A stretch of 64,000 nt of DNA. It comes from a virus. Taxonomy: Duplodnaviria > Caudoviricetes. The stretch lies in IMG/VR virus record IMGVR_UViG_3300048549_001527. One strand, given 5' to 3'. The notes beneath the pieces were generated by a model. That model was not told the origin of the DNA. It saw nothing but the letters and a program-made list of their open reading frames with translations, and ran no database searches. Both the position numbers and the translations under genes were made by a program. Shown piece after piece: positions 11,501 through 18,472 of this stretch (position 1 is the first letter of the stretch; every line of letters begins with the position of its first letter).

Positions 11501-12167
11501 TAACGGCCAGTTTTATTTTACAGAAGCAAACGGTCAAGGTGGTAGAATTAGAGCTGACGATGATGGTTCTATTTTTGCATTGTATCATGATAATGGCGAA
11601 GCAATTCTTTACGCCGACCAAGATTATATTACATACATTTATTATAATGGTACTTGGGAAGGTCGTACAAGATCTGGTTACTTTGAAGCTCGCGGTTCGT
11701 TCCGGGCGCCATTATTCTATGACCAAAACAACACATTCTACTATACGAATCCTGCATCAACTTCACGCATAAATGCTCTAAACGCATACGGTGAAATTCG
11801 TTCAGATGAAAACATTATTGCTTACTACGATTATTCTGATATTCGTTGGAAAGAAAATGTTAAAATTATTGATAATGCTGTAAATAAAGTTAAGCAACTT
11901 GATGGTATTACATATAACTACATTGACCGTGAAGGAGAATTCACTGGTGTAATTGCGCAGCAAGTTGAAAAGGTTCTTCCTGGAGTCGTATATGACACCG
12001 AAGATATGAAAACTGGTAAAGAACGTAAAGGTGTTCGTTACGGTAATATGGTTGGCTTATTGATTGAAGCCACAAAAGAGCAACAAAAAACTATAGAAAA
12101 TCAGCAAGAAGAGATTGACAAATTAAAAGAATTGGTATATAGTCTAATGGACAAGTTAGATAAATAA
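2565..12167 (+). CDS. Giant modular long tail fibre, 3200 aa, with C-terminal peptidase S74 intramolecular chaperone
   Basis: GTG start; MANDKKFIVKNGL N-terminus; about 20 APIFYDSxNTxYYxxPASTS repeats; C-terminal YSDIRWKENV...GVIAQQVEKVLP...VRYGNMVGLLIEA plus coiled coil. Confidence 0.9.
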   Translation: MANDKKFIVKNGLLTQENVVIGSTTDTGEKLQVTGTTKATGQVEITQATASPSLVVKNTNNTVGDQFVEFEGRTASLVLRDVGDGDYAWYNTSGATELKFNNNAGNGLEFSVGGNSKFQITTTQADFKIDPTVNGSTIWYANNDGAGSGLDADLLDGVEGASFVRSDEDDTMSGSYVITGNLTVQGVTTTVNSETVLIADNLLTLNSNYTGSTPTENAGWEVERGTLTNSSLQWDETNDWFKLISAGTDLGRIITTADEGSGNGFDADTVDGLEAAQFLRADADDTATGNITIEQVLTIGNNSGPARINFDGNGTNRSIYSTAGNIGFTNNSLSWSAYSDTNDDWIVTNDIYAKRFLDSDDNTFLVDPASTSKVNNIELAGNLSGAGGNTNDYITFASSTVQTHIDNTLRWTVGLTENVSNVIIKAPAYYDLNDVNYFLDPAGDSELKTILLDDYIIHRGDADTYMGFDAADAMTFVTGGTERFNLDNDSADFSVNVYAPKFIDSNNNTYFLDPGATSGPSLIVSQQIQGDDGTASIPGYGFEAGTSTGMYRSGADVLAFTQGGVNRFFVGFSSGAANYSLVDMRAPRFVDSDNTAYYADPASDSQMNTIDIDDYIRHRGDITTYIGFPTDGQISTFTNGAERMRTTDALTYFDQNVSVGTTSNSYTLDVYHATLDTIARFKSGDNRASIAVSDDDTTAYVLAENSLAHFGMTSFIDEANLVINADGNVGIGTVTPTEANLNLSTRSAATNNPFAAANKLLSLQDNDTEKSYWALDNSSNVWIIGNGEYLFSTTGASIGVTIDATNGELVVGDQNGTYATMDGTYEGVSISATPSPSANKLHVNGSVQLNSQTDVFAISAADGGNANINAATFLGVNELGFSAGGGFFMDDTTTIKTRGNKNIQTTGDMYAGRFYDDDNNNYYGDFASTSQMAQIDIDTYIRHRGDTNTYFGFEANDTFRIWTDGTQRFNIDNNSADFAVNVYAPIYFDSNNNTYYGDFGNTDVSIKMAGEILGGDGALATPTYAFNSQANSGMYKYAANVLGFSANGNDEFRVYSSYSLSPGSSRAPIFYDSDNTAYYTNPASTSYLYNAYIKGGHDDTRLQLWYPSATAANEAFLTLWASEPALTYHGAGIGANIDFNGQYYGRETAGQPYGVYLRFRPDIGEASLNTTIGTPDTAGAAQVKHFYVLPDGNVFARTSSRAPIFYDSNNTAFYTDQASTSLHNVQRVQQLQVDSATYTIDGVTGDYGSIKVSGDTGSYAGYAINDDWVFMATGSTSAGIFNDTRNEWVLQATDNSWTRLYANGVHQIGAENGYGYAPTQMRAPVFYDSDNTSFFANFAAGNTSTAISINGQISRTGFATGDVTTNKYLIAEDRNHWVWTPTNNWGIFWATTTSSLAHFGSANPNELTFVGNGDIKASIDLDNGNFYAKGEGTFSNIRISGGNEDLPLLKSYGSGLADTVLFDGTMYWEKRVIQAMQGTEDSATTSTADFVKSGIAPVASSYIIRTSGYRTFVSDYIEVEPGEELYGEIAARYVSGSGSTLYYGIERFDKDKNPIAANTGTTYFVASNVNVSSTSWTTYSGHTTIPTSHTAFSGSDGSGVKYVRIRLLMNYQTTGALREFGPPILKRTQVHSRLRSSNIYAPIMYDADDNNYYVDPNATSKMNVVDASNFRDRDNTAYFMNPQTGGRVSGPWDWSNGSIENLNNLSFNDPGPQEGIKWKGGETWQIYESPNDLTTNAGGNLQFTSSSLGTGAGTMRMRVETDGDVHAGNRMFATAFIDSNDTGFSANPASTSVFSKLHIGSTSNLGDGTDPDISTSIIQATSKIVTPRVVFLNDGTGDDNYIQHSDTNSAHTVAGQQMGAWFEFIGDKISATDSNSAGIVASGLKSRYGSFQNRLDAAIMYDYSSTSYYVDPASTSRLNTLRTNRLYPAYDNNSSVYFDYPSSYGTYGSVAVYGSGRSGYSGYSINNRYVFMSSSITNMGLYNDYDNEWMLYGIRNAGVDLYYNGAVQLETENGFGYARNQMRSPIFYDSNNTSYYGDFASLSRFNAVNLNTLQFNGLTFTNPEVGIWYEYASSYGSGYNQLYTRLGRQQNSDRTTIIEYYFTQNWNGFGQVGGKIYVRRGSGTNKMGITHVPNEVNMYHTTAGSNLANAPEVYVDNSNYVWVGMPYGADADAKIYFRYVQKAGFEEGFYFGNHFQNSAITQTNGTTLAHAGPIGPGIHWNVGVGNASADFAGGPYSYGGFGYLHANAVYVSGNVQAQNNAQRYLDLTGNSHLTSLDLFGNLRIDNGNEIRLDTSSGTTRGYIEATETNDAHLIIATSGGEDISFRDGGIGGQWNMIVRGDGDVLTNRNHYAQAFYDRNDSARYVNPNGTSEMGTIRADRFDMRDRGDFITFYGDDSTNHSISSRNNAGDASDDIRINTYGSLWINLDSNNNNTSGADFRIGRHGGATGDIVQTGLFDVYGDSLYAYSAYSFRSPIFYDSNDTTYYTNPASTSVMNTLDVRSEVYNDGWFRNDTGGRGLYSTAHAMHWYATDDNYWDLSHNDDNASIGIRLRGTYDGTIRGYLYAESDNDFGLLGSQGSWRLRVVAGDWIDAAGSSVRAKIFYDRDNTGYYFNGASTSRSNYHRINNLYDSQERRYTAPNGGQYTTTTSSVTGAIRIRLPTNRFKSNTMMKFKVSVYEYSTGRTHEFLISGYNNNNTNQQWYNVAATQLTDDNRGAYNIRWGGNGTDNIVWIGETNSSWSYPQVHVQWVDVGYSGYSTNWGQDWVIDFVTSFDTVRTTRIASLVYTLNNRDNWAYDLRGTLFYDNNNTGYYCDPNSISNLNVVYANRIRVDDGGTGGHIYTDDTYLDLSYGATGGGGIRLYDSNDDLQGYWYGNGSGEHGFLDNDENWAIRIRTGSNSMLFYTDTNNEFQIHTTYTYSPGSSRAPIFYDSNDTAKYTNPAGTSQMYRISQLDRLTFVSGPYIDDGDEDNRLNFYTSDTDNGQFYFTEANGQGGRIRADDDGSIFALYHDNGEAILYADQDYITYIYYNGTWEGRTRSGYFEARGSFRAPLFYDQNNTFYYTNPASTSRINALNAYGEIRSDENIIAYYDYSDIRWKENVKIIDNAVNKVKQLDGITYNYIDREGEFTGVIAQQVEKVLPGVVYDTEDMKTGKERKGVRYGNMVGLLIEATKEQQKTIENQQEEIDKLKELVYSLMDKLDK

Positions 12168-12196
12168 ACTTATAATTAACAACGGAGAAAATAAAA

Positions 12197-12577
12197 ATGG
12201 CTTTTACATACGAATGGTCGGTGACCAACCTGAAGGTTAAGGATCAAGTTAACTCAGAAGGTGCTACACTTCAAAACGCAGTTGTCCAAACTCATTGGTC
12301 AGTAACTGGAACTGACGAAAATGGTAATTCCGCTTCCTTTTCAGGCGCAACACCATTTACCGCAGAAAACGTGCCAGCCGGTACATTTACGGCATTTGCA
12401 GATTTAACAGAAGCAAATGTTTTAGCTTGGATCCAAAATGTGGTAAATAGCGACGCAGGATATAAAGCGCATATTGACGAACGAATTCAATTTGAAATTG
12501 ATAAAGATCTTGTAACTGAGATTGAAGAAGATTCGCTTCCGTGGGCTGCTGGTGGCGACGCCGAAGCTCCAGAATAA
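12197..12577 (+). CDS. Tail-fibre-associated small protein (putative assembly chaperone)
   Basis: Directly after S74 fibre; TYEW...VHW..TGTD...F.AFADLTEANVLAWI pattern. Confidence 0.6.
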   Translation: MAFTYEWSVTNLKVKDQVNSEGATLQNAVVQTHWSVTGTDENGNSASFSGATPFTAENVPAGTFTAFADLTEANVLAWIQNVVNSDAGYKAHIDERIQFEIDKDLVTEIEEDSLPWAAGGDAEAPE

Positions 12578-12594
12578 GAAGAGGTACTTAATCC

Positions 12595-12927
12595 ATGGAA
12601 TATACTTGGAAAATAATAAAGTATAGGACTAGGGACGAGGTAAATGCTGACGGCATTACTCTTTCAGATTCTGTGGTGTCAGTAGATTGGAAAAAAACCG
12701 GTACTGCGCTTAACGGGGTATCTTCACGTTATATAGGAACAACTGACATATCGGCTGCTAGCACTGCAGCGGCCGATTTTGTTTCTTTAACAGATATCAC
12801 TGAAGATCATTTAATTGGATGGGTTCAAGAATCTTTATCATCTGAAGATGAACACGTCATAAATGAAACTTTAGCTAAAAAAATTGCAAAAAAGAACGAC
12901 GTAAAACGCGCCGCGAATTTTAGCTAA
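12595..12927 (+). CDS. Paralog of the preceding fibre-associated protein
   Basis: Same pattern: YTWKI...DEVNADG.TL..SVV.V.W..TGT...FVSLTDITEDHLIGWV. Confidence 0.6.
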   Translation: MEYTWKIIKYRTRDEVNADGITLSDSVVSVDWKKTGTALNGVSSRYIGTTDISAASTAAADFVSLTDITEDHLIGWVQESLSSEDEHVINETLAKKIAKKNDVKRAANFS

Positions 12928-12956
12928 ATAAATTAAATTTATATTATGGAGGTACT

Positions 12957-13997
12957 ATGCACGAACTGCATACAGGTGGCCTAGTTAAATACGCATTACG
13001 CAGAGGTGGATCTATTCACCCGGTCATCGTCCCAGAGTCAGTTTTAGGTAACCAAACCGGGACGATGAATCCATCTATCTTTGTTCATAAAGATAAAATT
13101 CTTATGAACTTACGTCATATCAATTATATTTTATATCATAGCGAAGGTAAGAAGTTTCCTCACACGTGGGGTCCTTTGGTATACGTACATCCACAAAACG
13201 ATGTGACATTAACTACATATAATGTTATGTGTGAATTTGATTTAAATTTGAATTTAGTATCCGCGGGCAAAGTTAATACTTCTGATTTTGATACTAAACC
13301 AACATGGAACTTTATTGGCTTAGAAGATGCTCGTTTATTTAGTTGGGATGACAAGCTTTATCTTTGCGGCGTACGTAGAGACTGTTATGATGCCAATGGC
13401 AAAGGCCGAATGGAAATGGCTGAAATAGAATTTCATAACAATGAATGGAAAGAAGTATCTCGTAATCCAATTCCAGCACCAGGAGATGATAGTAGCTATT
13501 GTGAAAAAAATTGGATGCCAATTAACGATATGCCTTATCATTTTGTTAAATGGTCAAATCCAACTCAGGTAGTACATTACGATATTGATAAAAGAGTTAC
13601 TACTGATGTGACTCTCAAAACAATGGAAGAAAGATTTCCATTACAAAAAGATCTCCGTGGTGGATCTCAAGTTATTCGTATAAATGAAAACCGCCAAATG
13701 TGTTTAGTTCATGAAACAAATCTATTAAAAGATCCATTCAATAGAAAAGATGGAAATTATGCTCACCGTGTTATTATATATGATAATGATTGGAACATAA
13801 CTAACGTTTCACCCGAGTTTCATTTCTTAGGTACTTATTATGATCACGTAAAAGGTCAAGATTACAATATTGAATTTTGCACCGGTGTTGCGCTTGTCGG
13901 AGAAGATTTATTAATATCTTTTGGTTTATCAGATAACGTATCTTATATACTGAAAATTCCAACAAGTGTGTTTTTTGATTTTGTATCTAGAGGATGA
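12957..13997 (+). CDS. Beta-propeller glycoside hydrolase/phosphorylase-like protein (GH130/GH43-like)
   Basis: Blade motifs MNPSIF, GLEDARLF, EKNWMP, LRGGSQ, IEFCTG. Confidence 0.6.
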   Translation: MHELHTGGLVKYALRRGGSIHPVIVPESVLGNQTGTMNPSIFVHKDKILMNLRHINYILYHSEGKKFPHTWGPLVYVHPQNDVTLTTYNVMCEFDLNLNLVSAGKVNTSDFDTKPTWNFIGLEDARLFSWDDKLYLCGVRRDCYDANGKGRMEMAEIEFHNNEWKEVSRNPIPAPGDDSSYCEKNWMPINDMPYHFVKWSNPTQVVHYDIDKRVTTDVTLKTMEERFPLQKDLRGGSQVIRINENRQMCLVHETNLLKDPFNRKDGNYAHRVIIYDNDWNITNVSPEFHFLGTYYDHVKGQDYNIEFCTGVALVGEDLLISFGLSDNVSYILKIPTSVFFDFVSRG

Positions 13998-14000
13998 TAA

Positions 14001-15239
14001 ATGAGTAATATTCAACAACTCTTAAATGACTTTGTTATGGACTACAAAAATCCATTTAAAATGTATGAACTTGCGAAAGAATACGATAAATTGGATCAAG
14101 ATGCCGCAGCGTTTACTTATTACTTAAGAGCTGCAGAGTTTTGTAATGGTGAAACGTATGATGAAAAACTACTTCAATATAAATCTTTGATTTTAGGAGC
14201 AAAATGTTTTGCAGATCAAAAAAATAGGGAAGTAACAGTTTACAGTTTATTAAAAATGGCAATCACGGTTCTACCAAACAGACCTGAAGCTTATTATTTT
14301 ATGTGTAATTATTGTGAGGAAAACGGTGAATGGCGCGAATCTTTAGTTTATTCATCAATCGGATTATTATTTGTTAATACTGAGTTAAGTATAGGTGATA
14401 ACGATATTGATTATCCAGGTAAGCAAGGATTGTTATATCATAACGCATCGGGGTCCTGGAAAGATAATGGTACCGACGAGTCTAAACGTTTATTGTTTAA
14501 TGTAGCTTATGATAAAAATATTGACAAAGAATGGAAAGATAAATCAATTGGGTGGTTAAATAATATAGGATATCCAAGTTATATTCCATACGAAGGGGAA
14601 GCTGAAAAATACAAGTTTCCATTCCCTGGTATTGAAAAGGTTGAAAAGAATTATGCAAGGCATTATCAAGATATGTTTGTGTTATCTGCATTGGACGGAA
14701 AAGAAAATGGCATTTGGGTAGAAATTGGATCTGGGCTGCCATATAAAGCAAATAATACCGCATTACTTGAAGACACGTTTAATTGGAAAGGATTGTCTAT
14801 TGACAATTCAGAAAGAGCATGTTATAATTATTCCAAAGAAAGAACAAGTACTGTAGTGATGGCAGATGGTAAAGATATTCATTATCCTTCAATGTTTAAG
14901 CAAAGCTGTCTAACTGATTGGATTGACTTTTTAAGAATTAACGCAGAACAAGTATCACTTGACGTATTAAAGAAAATACCTTTCGGCCAATACGAATATG
15001 GTGTAATTCAATTTCAGCATAATGCATGTTGGTGGGGTCCTGAGTTTAGAGAAGAATCAAGAGCATATCTTAAAGATATAGGATATGTGTTGGCAGTTAA
15101 CGATGTGGCAATGGATCCACTTTCAAATTATGAAGATTGGTGGTTGCATCCACAAGTGGCGCAACAAAAACCAAACATGATTGTAAATGGCCACCCTGAT
15201 AAGAAAAACTTTATATATGATTATGTAATGAAGGAGTAA
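14001..15239 (+). CDS. TPR-repeat protein fused to a FkbM-like SAM methyltransferase-fold domain
   Basis: N-terminal helical repeats (AFTYYLRAAE, LPNRPEAYYF); C-terminal YQDMFVL...WVEIGSG..NNT.LLE..FNWKGLSID...YEDWW. Confidence 0.6.
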   Translation: MSNIQQLLNDFVMDYKNPFKMYELAKEYDKLDQDAAAFTYYLRAAEFCNGETYDEKLLQYKSLILGAKCFADQKNREVTVYSLLKMAITVLPNRPEAYYFMCNYCEENGEWRESLVYSSIGLLFVNTELSIGDNDIDYPGKQGLLYHNASGSWKDNGTDESKRLLFNVAYDKNIDKEWKDKSIGWLNNIGYPSYIPYEGEAEKYKFPFPGIEKVEKNYARHYQDMFVLSALDGKENGIWVEIGSGLPYKANNTALLEDTFNWKGLSIDNSERACYNYSKERTSTVVMADGKDIHYPSMFKQSCLTDWIDFLRINAEQVSLDVLKKIPFGQYEYGVIQFQHNACWWGPEFREESRAYLKDIGYVLAVNDVAMDPLSNYEDWWLHPQVAQQKPNMIVNGHPDKKNFIYDYVMKE

Positions 15240-15242
15240 ATT

Positions 15243-16016
15243 ATGAAAATTGTTATTGTTACTGGCGGATTTGATCCAGTTCACTCAGGCCATATTGAAT
15301 ATTTTAAAGCTGCAGCTAAGTTAGGAGATAGTCTTTTAGTAGGCGTTAACAGTGATGAATGGCTATCACGCAAAAAAGGTAAACCATTTATGCCTATAGA
15401 AGAACGTACCGCAATCTTAGACGCCTTAGCAGTTGTTGATAGTGTGTTTGAATTTGATGATAGTGATGATACTGCAGTAGGAGCTATAAGACAAATACGA
15501 AAAGAATTTCCTGATGCTACAATTATATTTGCAAACGGAGGAGACCGCCAAAAAGGTACAACACCTGAAGTTGAATACGCAAAGGAATTGATTGAAGAAG
15601 GTAAGATAAGTTTTGTTTTTGGAGTTGGCGGAAACGATAAAAAGAACAGCTCATCTTGGTTACTTGAAAATTGGGATAAGCCTGAGGTACAAAGACTATG
15701 GGGTAAATATCGTAACCTTGATAACAATGGCCACTGGCAAGTTAAAGAATTATCTATTGATGTTAAAAAATCGCTTTCAGATCAAAAACACTTTGTTCGC
15801 TCGGAGCATTGGCATATTGTTGATGGCAAACTTGAAATGAATCTTGAGTTTCCAAATGGATATAAGACATCTAAGATTTACTCTACTGGCGATAGTATTG
15901 ACATCCCTCCACAAACTTGGCACAAGGCAATAAACGTTGGTAAACGGCCAGTAAAAGTAATTGAAGTATGGATGGGCGACGTTTTATCAGAGGATGACAT
16001 AGAAAGGCGAAATTAA
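15243..16016 (+). CDS. Cytidylyltransferase-like domain fused to mannose-6-phosphate isomerase-type cupin
   Basis: TGGFDPVHSGH (HxGH), FANGGDR, KNSSSWLL; then RLWGKY...QKHFVRSEHWHIVDG...EDDIER cupin. Confidence 0.75.
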   Translation: MKIVIVTGGFDPVHSGHIEYFKAAAKLGDSLLVGVNSDEWLSRKKGKPFMPIEERTAILDALAVVDSVFEFDDSDDTAVGAIRQIRKEFPDATIIFANGGDRQKGTTPEVEYAKELIEEGKISFVFGVGGNDKKNSSSWLLENWDKPEVQRLWGKYRNLDNNGHWQVKELSIDVKKSLSDQKHFVRSEHWHIVDGKLEMNLEFPNGYKTSKIYSTGDSIDIPPQTWHKAINVGKRPVKVIEVWMGDVLSEDDIERRN

Positions 16017-16037
16017 TTTTGCCCTACCTCTACATAT

Positions 16038-16045
16038 TATAAATA
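16038..16045 (+). promoter_or_regulatory. T4-type late promoter TATAAATA
   Basis: Exact match upstream of gp13. Confidence 0.75.
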
Positions 16046-16078
16046 GACTATAAAGCAAAAGTATCTTAGAGGTTTACT

Positions 16079-16822
16079 ATGGCTCAGCCTACAAGCAAAG
16101 AAGAATTTAAAGATTACGTCCTTAGAAAATTAGGCGCACCGGTTATTGAAATAAACGTATCCGAAGAGCAAATAGACGATCGTGTAGATGAGGCTGTTTC
16201 TTTTTGGAGAGATTATCATTATAACGGAAGTCAACTTGTTTATTTAAAACACGCTATTACACAAGATGATATTGATAATGGTTACATTACACTTCCTACA
16301 CGACTTTTAGGTATATCAAAAGTATTTGATTTGCAAACTTCTATTAGCGCAGGTGTTGGAATGTTCAATGTTCAATACCAATATACTTTAAATAACATAA
16401 GAGATATCACCGGATATAATATTCAAAACTATTATATGACTATGTCTTATATTGAATTCTTACAAGAAATGCTTGTAGGAAAACCTTTAATCAGATTTAA
16501 CAAACATGTGAATAAGCTGTACGTTGATGTTGACCAAAAGATTTGGACTGTCGGCGATTTTATTATTATTGAAGCTTATGATATTATTGACGAAACAGAA
16601 TATGCTGAAGTTTGGACGGATCGTTGGCTGCAAAATTATACTGCCGCTTTAGTAAAAGAAAACTGGGGCGCAAACCTTACAAAGTTTGTTGGAATGCAAC
16701 TAGTCGGTGGCGTAACTTTTAATGGCGAACAGATTTTACAAGAGGCAAGAGAAGAACGTCAGCGAATGGAAGAAGAAGCTGTTAATTCTCTTCAGCCACT
16801 CACATATAATTTTATTGGATAA
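16079..16822 (+). CDS. gp13: Neck protein gp13
   Basis: PTSKEEFKDYVLRKLGAPVIEINV; GGVTFNGEQILQEA; synteny 13-14-15. Confidence 0.92.
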   Translation: MAQPTSKEEFKDYVLRKLGAPVIEINVSEEQIDDRVDEAVSFWRDYHYNGSQLVYLKHAITQDDIDNGYITLPTRLLGISKVFDLQTSISAGVGMFNVQYQYTLNNIRDITGYNIQNYYMTMSYIEFLQEMLVGKPLIRFNKHVNKLYVDVDQKIWTVGDFIIIEAYDIIDETEYAEVWTDRWLQNYTAALVKENWGANLTKFVGMQLVGGVTFNGEQILQEAREERQRMEEEAVNSLQPLTYNFIG

Positions 16823-16825
16823 GTC

Positions 16826-17533
16826 ATGGCTACGAATCCCTATTTCCGAAACTACGGTAACTTTAACGAACAAAACTTAATAGACGATTTAGTCATTGAG
16901 TCAATTAAAATGTATGGTGTTGACATTGCATACATACCAAGAAACTTTGACTCTATTGACAATATCTTAAATGAAGATGATACCTCAACCTTCGGTGGTG
17001 ATTTAACAACACAAGGTGGTAACAACTATAGCATTGTTTACGATATGGAAATGTATGTTAAGAGTGTTGATGGTTTTGAAGGAGAAGGGGATTTCTTAAG
17101 TAGATTTGGTTTACAAATACGAGATCAAGTAACGTTTAGCGTTGCATATAGAACTTTTGAACGTTTTGCTACTCGCTTAGATCCTGACCAAACAAGACCA
17201 AATGAAGGTGATGTAATTTACTTTCCACTTAATGATAAAATGTTTAAAGTTATGTTTGTTGAACATGAGTCAGTATTCTATCAACACGGTGCATTACAAG
17301 TATATGATTTACGCTGCGAATTGTTTGAATATTCTGGCGAACGTTTCCAAACAGGTCGTTACGAAATTGACCATCACTTTGATGATGTTGATATTACACA
17401 GGCAACTACTTTAACTCAATTGGCAAATACAGACCCAGTTGCAAAAAATGTTTACTTTGAAGCTGAAGCTGATAGTGTTCTTGACTTCTCAGAAATAGAT
17501 CCATTCAGTGAAAACATTAGTATACCGGATTAA
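16826..17533 (+). CDS. gp14: Neck protein gp14
   Basis: NEQNLIDDLVIESIKMYG; SRFGLQIRDQ; RPNEGDVIYFP; FSEIDPF. Confidence 0.92.
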   Translation: MATNPYFRNYGNFNEQNLIDDLVIESIKMYGVDIAYIPRNFDSIDNILNEDDTSTFGGDLTTQGGNNYSIVYDMEMYVKSVDGFEGEGDFLSRFGLQIRDQVTFSVAYRTFERFATRLDPDQTRPNEGDVIYFPLNDKMFKVMFVEHESVFYQHGALQVYDLRCELFEYSGERFQTGRYEIDHHFDDVDITQATTLTQLANTDPVAKNVYFEAEADSVLDFSEIDPFSENISIPD

Positions 17534-17538
17534 TATAA

Positions 17539-18444
17539 ATGGCAATAGCAAATTACTTTTACAATCAAACGACAAGAAAATATGTTGCCATCTTTGGTAC
17601 ACTGTTTAATCAGTTGTCTATTCAGCGCGTGAATGCGCAAGGAACAACTTTTCAAACTGCAATTGTTCCATTATCATATGCTCCTTTTCAAAAAATACTT
17701 GCAAGAGTTGAGCAAGATGCAAATCTTAATCGCCAGTCGGCTATTACATTACCGCGGATGTCTTTTGAAATTACATCTATGCAATATGACGGCGAACGTA
17801 GGATTTCAGTAAGACACAAGATACCAAAAACATTAAGAGAAAGTGACTCCTCTTTAAATTACGTTTATGCAGGAGCTCCATATAACTTAGAATTTTCATT
17901 GTATATCATGGCAAAATATCAAGAAGATGCAACTAAAATAGTTGAGCAAATTATACCATTCTTTCAACCTGACTTTACAGTAAGTGCAAAACTAATTGAA
18001 AATCTTCCACCTTTAGACGTACCTATTATTTTAAATAGTGTAGTGAACGAAGAATTATATGAAGGCGATTTTACTGAAAGACGAACAGTAATGTACACTC
18101 TTAACTTTACGTTAAAAGGAATGTTTTACGGACCAGAACGGACCAAAAAAGTTATTAAGTTTATTGATACTCAATATGCAACAGATACGGCAGATGATTC
18201 TCCTTTTGAAGAAAGTACTGAAACGTTTGTTGTTGACCTTGCAAATAGCGCAGTAGGTTGGGCAGACGTTGAGTATACTGATAATTGGGTTGCAAACACT
18301 GTATTCCAAGGTAGTGGCCTATATGGAAATAGTGCTCCTGTTGAACTTGATATCTTTACAGGTAATACTGCTGTAGATCTTGATAGCGGCAACACTAGCA
18401 TTGATTTAGAATCAAGCGATATTGCAATTGATGACTTAGATTAA
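17539..18444 (+). CDS. gp15: Tail sheath stabiliser/terminator gp15
   Basis: YFYNQTTRKYVAIFGTLFN; VPLSYAPFQK; TLPRMSFEI; EQIIPFFQP. Confidence 0.92.
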   Translation: MAIANYFYNQTTRKYVAIFGTLFNQLSIQRVNAQGTTFQTAIVPLSYAPFQKILARVEQDANLNRQSAITLPRMSFEITSMQYDGERRISVRHKIPKTLRESDSSLNYVYAGAPYNLEFSLYIMAKYQEDATKIVEQIIPFFQPDFTVSAKLIENLPPLDVPIILNSVVNEELYEGDFTERRTVMYTLNFTLKGMFYGPERTKKVIKFIDTQYATDTADDSPFEESTETFVVDLANSAVGWADVEYTDNWVANTVFQGSGLYGNSAPVELDIFTGNTAVDLDSGNTSIDLESSDIAIDDLD

Positions 18445-18472
18445 TCAATACAGATAATAGGAAAAAACTCAA

